The translations under genes and the position numbers were made by a program. A DNA stretch of 64,000 bases from Mycobacteriales bacterium (GTDB lineage Bacteria > Actinomycetota > Actinomycetes > Mycobacteriales > QHCE01). The notes beneath the pieces are model-generated. The model saw only the letters and a program-made list of their open reading frames with translations, had not been told where the DNA came from and did no database searches. The stretch is taken from contig JBGTNI010000072.1 of the NCBI GenBank assembly GCA_041743105.1, positions 10,777-74,776 on the forward strand, given 5' to 3'. Shown here piece by piece: positions 61,548 to 64,000 of the stretch; the first letter of the stretch is position 1, and the number at the start of each line of letters is the position of its first letter.

Positions 61548-61697
61548 GGCAAAAGTATAACGAAAACGTGACACTACTGACACAGCGGAATACACATACT
61601 GTTGCGATGGATGTAGTGCTCAATTATCTCGGCAAGCAGCAGCCGGTGTAGCGCTCCGAATTTTACGCTGACAAATCCGCTGCCATTGACACAAAAA

Positions 61698-61732
61698 ATC
61701 CCCTTCCAGGCCTAGGCCTGGAAGGGGATTTT
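61698..61732 (-). terminator. Intrinsic terminator downstream of tRNA-fMet
   Basis: AATCCCCTTCCAGGCCTAGGCCTGGAAGGGGATT hairpin followed by a T run on the minus strand. Confidence 0.8.
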
Positions 61733-61735
61733 CCC

Positions 61736-61812
61736 TGGTAGCGGGGACAGGATTTGAACCTGTGACCTCTGGGTTATGAGCCCAGCGAGCTACCGAACTG
61801 CTCCACCCCGCG
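61736..61812 (-). tRNA. tRNA-fMet (CAT), initiator
   Basis: CGCGGGGTGGAGCAGTTCGGTAGCTCGCTGGGCTCATAACCCAGAGGTCACAGGTTCAAATCCTGTCCCCGCTACCA, with unpaired position 1:72 and three G-C pairs in the anticodon stem. Confidence 0.97.
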
Positions 61813-61884
61813 TTGCTGGGACAAGCATAGCTCGCTCCGCTCCGGGACGGTGCGGCGGGTAGCCCCACCGTGCCAGATCGACCT

Positions 61885-64000
61885 CTAGCCTCCGTTGTTT
61901 TTCTCCGCCGCCTCGAAACGCTTCACCGCCGCGGCCAGATCCGATTGAGCTTTGCCGATCCCGGCGAAGTCACCCTTTTGCTGCGCTTGGCTCAGCGCTT
62001 CCAGTGCTTTCTTGATGTCGGAAACCGCGGCCGCGGGTTCGGGGTTTCGGGGTTCCGATTCTTTCGGCGCGGATTCCTCCGGCTGCTGCTCCCCCTGTTG
62101 GGGTTGCTGCTCCGGCTGTGGGCTCTGCTCATCGAACAGCGCGTCCAACGCCTCCGGCAACGTCTTTTCGTAGGCGACTTTGTCGCCGTAGAGCACCAGC
62201 ACCCGTTCCAACAGCGGATAGGTGGTGGTACCGGTGTTGCGGACGTAGATCGGCTCGATGTAGAGCAGGCCGTCACCCACGGGCAGTGTCAACAGGTTTC
62301 CGTACACCACCGTGGAATCCGCCGACGTCAACAGCGACAACTCCCGCCGCACATCGGCGTCGTTGCGCATACTCGGCTGGGCCTGCCTCGGCCCGGGAGT
62401 GCCGGAGTCGCTGGGCAGCTCCAGCATGCTGAGCTGAGTCCGCCCCTGGTCGTCGTAGGAGGCGCTGATCAGCGCTGTGAGGTTCTCCCGCCGGGCGGCG
62501 GTCATGGCGCTGGTCAGCTGGAATGTGGGTTTGGTCTGATTTGGCCACTGCGACACCACATGGTACGGCGGCTGCGGCGCGTCACCGCCGCGCTGCGTGG
62601 GATCGACGGGCGGTTTCCAGAAATCCTGCCCGTTGAAGAACTCCCGCGGATCGCTCACATGGTAGGTGGCTATCGCCTGGCGCTGTACTTTGAACATATC
62701 GTCGGGGTAACGGAAATGCTCCGCCAGCTTCGGCGGAATCTTCGACTTGGGCTCGACGATGCCGTCGAAGGCTTTATCCCACGCCTTCAGGATCGGGTCC
62801 GTGGTGTCCCACTGATACAGCGTCACGGTGCCGTCGTAGGCGTCCACGGTCGCCTTCACCGAGTTTCGGATGTAGTTGATCTGGTTGTTGGCCTGGGCCT
62901 GGGTACCGCGACCGGTGAGTGAATCCGTGGCCGATTCCCCCAGCTCCTGTCGCTGCGAGTACGGGTAGGCATTACTGGTGGTGTAGCCGTCGAGGATCCA
63001 GACGATTTTGCCGTCGACGACCGCCGGATAGGAGTCGCCATCGAGGGTCAGGAAGGGGGCCACTTTCTCGACCCGATCGCGGACATTACGCACGTACAGC
63101 ACCTTGGAGCCGTCATGCAGCGCGTTGGAGAGTAGGAAGTTCTTCTCCCTGAAGTACGCAGCGTAGGCCAAGCGCTTAGCGAAGCTGGAAAGCTTTACAC
63201 CACCGGAGCCGTTGTAGGTGTTGCTGACTTGCTCGGCCGTCTCGCCATCGCCGCCCACCTTCGGGCGGTCGAACTCGAGATCTCTGCCACCGGGCTCCTT
63301 GCCGACGATGGAGTAGTCGCTAATCAACTCCCCATAGTAGATCCGGGGCTGCTTCACCGGTGCCGCGTTGGCGAACTCCTTAGCCTGATCGCTGTCGAAC
63401 GGTTCGCCCAGCGCCCCGGAGGCGAAGATAGGCAAGCCGGCACCGTCCACCTGATTCGCCGGGGCGGCCACGAATCCGTTCCCGTGCGTGAAGACGGTGT
63501 GGAGGTTAAGCCAGGTGCGCTGGCTTGCAGACAGCTTTGCGCTGTTGAGTTCGCGCACGCCCACCACGTAGTCACGGATTTTGTCGTCCACGGTGTAGCG
63601 GTCGATGTCGAGCTTGTCGTTGAAGTCGTAGAACGATCGCACCTGCTGACGCTGCACGTACGTAGCGGAGACCACACTGGGGTCCAACAGCCGCGCATTG
63701 GGAACGGTGCCCCGGTCGCTACGAATGTCGGCTGGGGTTTCATTGGATTGCGGGGTGTAGCTGGAGCGCTGCAGCCCTTCGATCCCGTACGCCGCACGGC
63801 TGGCGTCGATGTTGCGCGCGATGTATTGGGCTTCCATGTCGATAGCATTGGGTTTAATTCTGAACTGGTTGGCCAACGCCGGCACCACGCCTCCGATCAT
63901 CACCGCAGAGACCAGCAGTAGTACCAGCGCCATCGCCGGTAGCAGCACCCGGCGGATTCCCACGTTTGCGATCGCCGCCAAGGCGCATAGCGCCGCGATC
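61885..64000 (-). CDS. UPF0182 family membrane protein (5' partial)
   Basis: RLLDP, LDIDRY, HTVFTHG.GFV, PRIYYGE, VAPFLTLDGD.YP, NYIRNSVKATVDAYDG, YGNLLTLP. Confidence 0.95.
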   Translation of the reverse strand, partial: IAALCALAAIANVGIRRVLLPAMALVLLLVSAVMIGGVVPALANQFRIKPNAIDMEAQYIARNIDASRAAYGIEGLQRSSYTPQSNETPADIRSDRGTVPNARLLDPSVVSATYVQRQQVRSFYDFNDKLDIDRYTVDDKIRDYVVGVRELNSAKLSASQRTWLNLHTVFTHGNGFVAAPANQVDGAGLPIFASGALGEPFDSDQAKEFANAAPVKQPRIYYGELISDYSIVGKEPGGRDLEFDRPKVGGDGETAEQVSNTYNGSGGVKLSSFAKRLAYAAYFREKNFLLSNALHDGSKVLYVRNVRDRVEKVAPFLTLDGDSYPAVVDGKIVWILDGYTTSNAYPYSQRQELGESATDSLTGRGTQAQANNQINYIRNSVKATVDAYDGTVTLYQWDTTDPILKAWDKAFDGIVEPKSKIPPKLAEHFRYPDDMFKVQRQAIATYHVSDPREFFNGQDFWKPPVDPTQRGGDAPQPPYHVVSQWPNQTKPTFQLTSAMTAARRENLTALISASYDDQGRTQLSMLELPSDSGTPGPRQAQPSMRNDADVRRELSLLTSADSTVVYGNLLTLPVGDGLLYIEPIYVRNTGTTTYPLLERVLVLYGDKVAYEKTLPEALDALFDEQSPQPEQQPQQGEQQPEESAPKESEPRNPEPAAAVSDIKKALEALSQAQQKGDFAGIGKAQSDLAAAVKRFEAAEKNNGG

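Larger units (their letters stand above)
56478..61735. mobile_element. tRNA-fMet-integrated genomic islet lacking an integrase (defence cargo)
   Basis: Bounded by the intact tRNA and its 3' duplicate. CTGACAAATCCGCTG occurs near both ends (56596 and 61668). Cargo is lower in GC. Confidence 0.85.

Noticed and set aside
41100-61735. Prophage or intact ICE
   Set aside because: No integrase, relaxase, replication, structural or conjugation genes are recognisable.

Overview
High-GC actinobacterial chromosome segment; gene content and order look Micromonosporales-like (inferred from recalled synteny, not tested). The core backbone is intact: ABC permease, ideR, nrdR, LysM gene, lexA, hflX, malic enzyme, DUF349, miaB, recX, recA with a 365-aa LAGLIDADG intein, clgR, pgsA, rimO, rpsA, polA, tRNA-fMet and UPF0182. 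Small accessory blocks are wedged between these core genes, and a ~20-kb accessory region (about 41.1-61.7 kb) ends at tRNA-fMet. That region holds stacked att remnants, toxin-antitoxin (TA) pairs, Fic, a SIR2 gene, a restriction-endonuclease-like gene and detoxification genes, but no integrase. The most striking unexplained pattern is that seven or eight scattered accessory proteins from unrelated families all end in a disordered Pro/Gly/Ser-rich, Arg-terminated tail. They include a zeta kinase, an SDR, a 51-aa repeat protein, three tandem orphan paralogs, a 1161-aa poly-HTH protein and, more weakly, a glycoside hydrolase. The tails resemble type IV secretion/conjugative translocation signals and suggest a dispersed effector repertoire (hypothesis; no secretion machinery is in the window). 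Three frameshifts are single-base losses in short homopolymers and may be sequencing errors.
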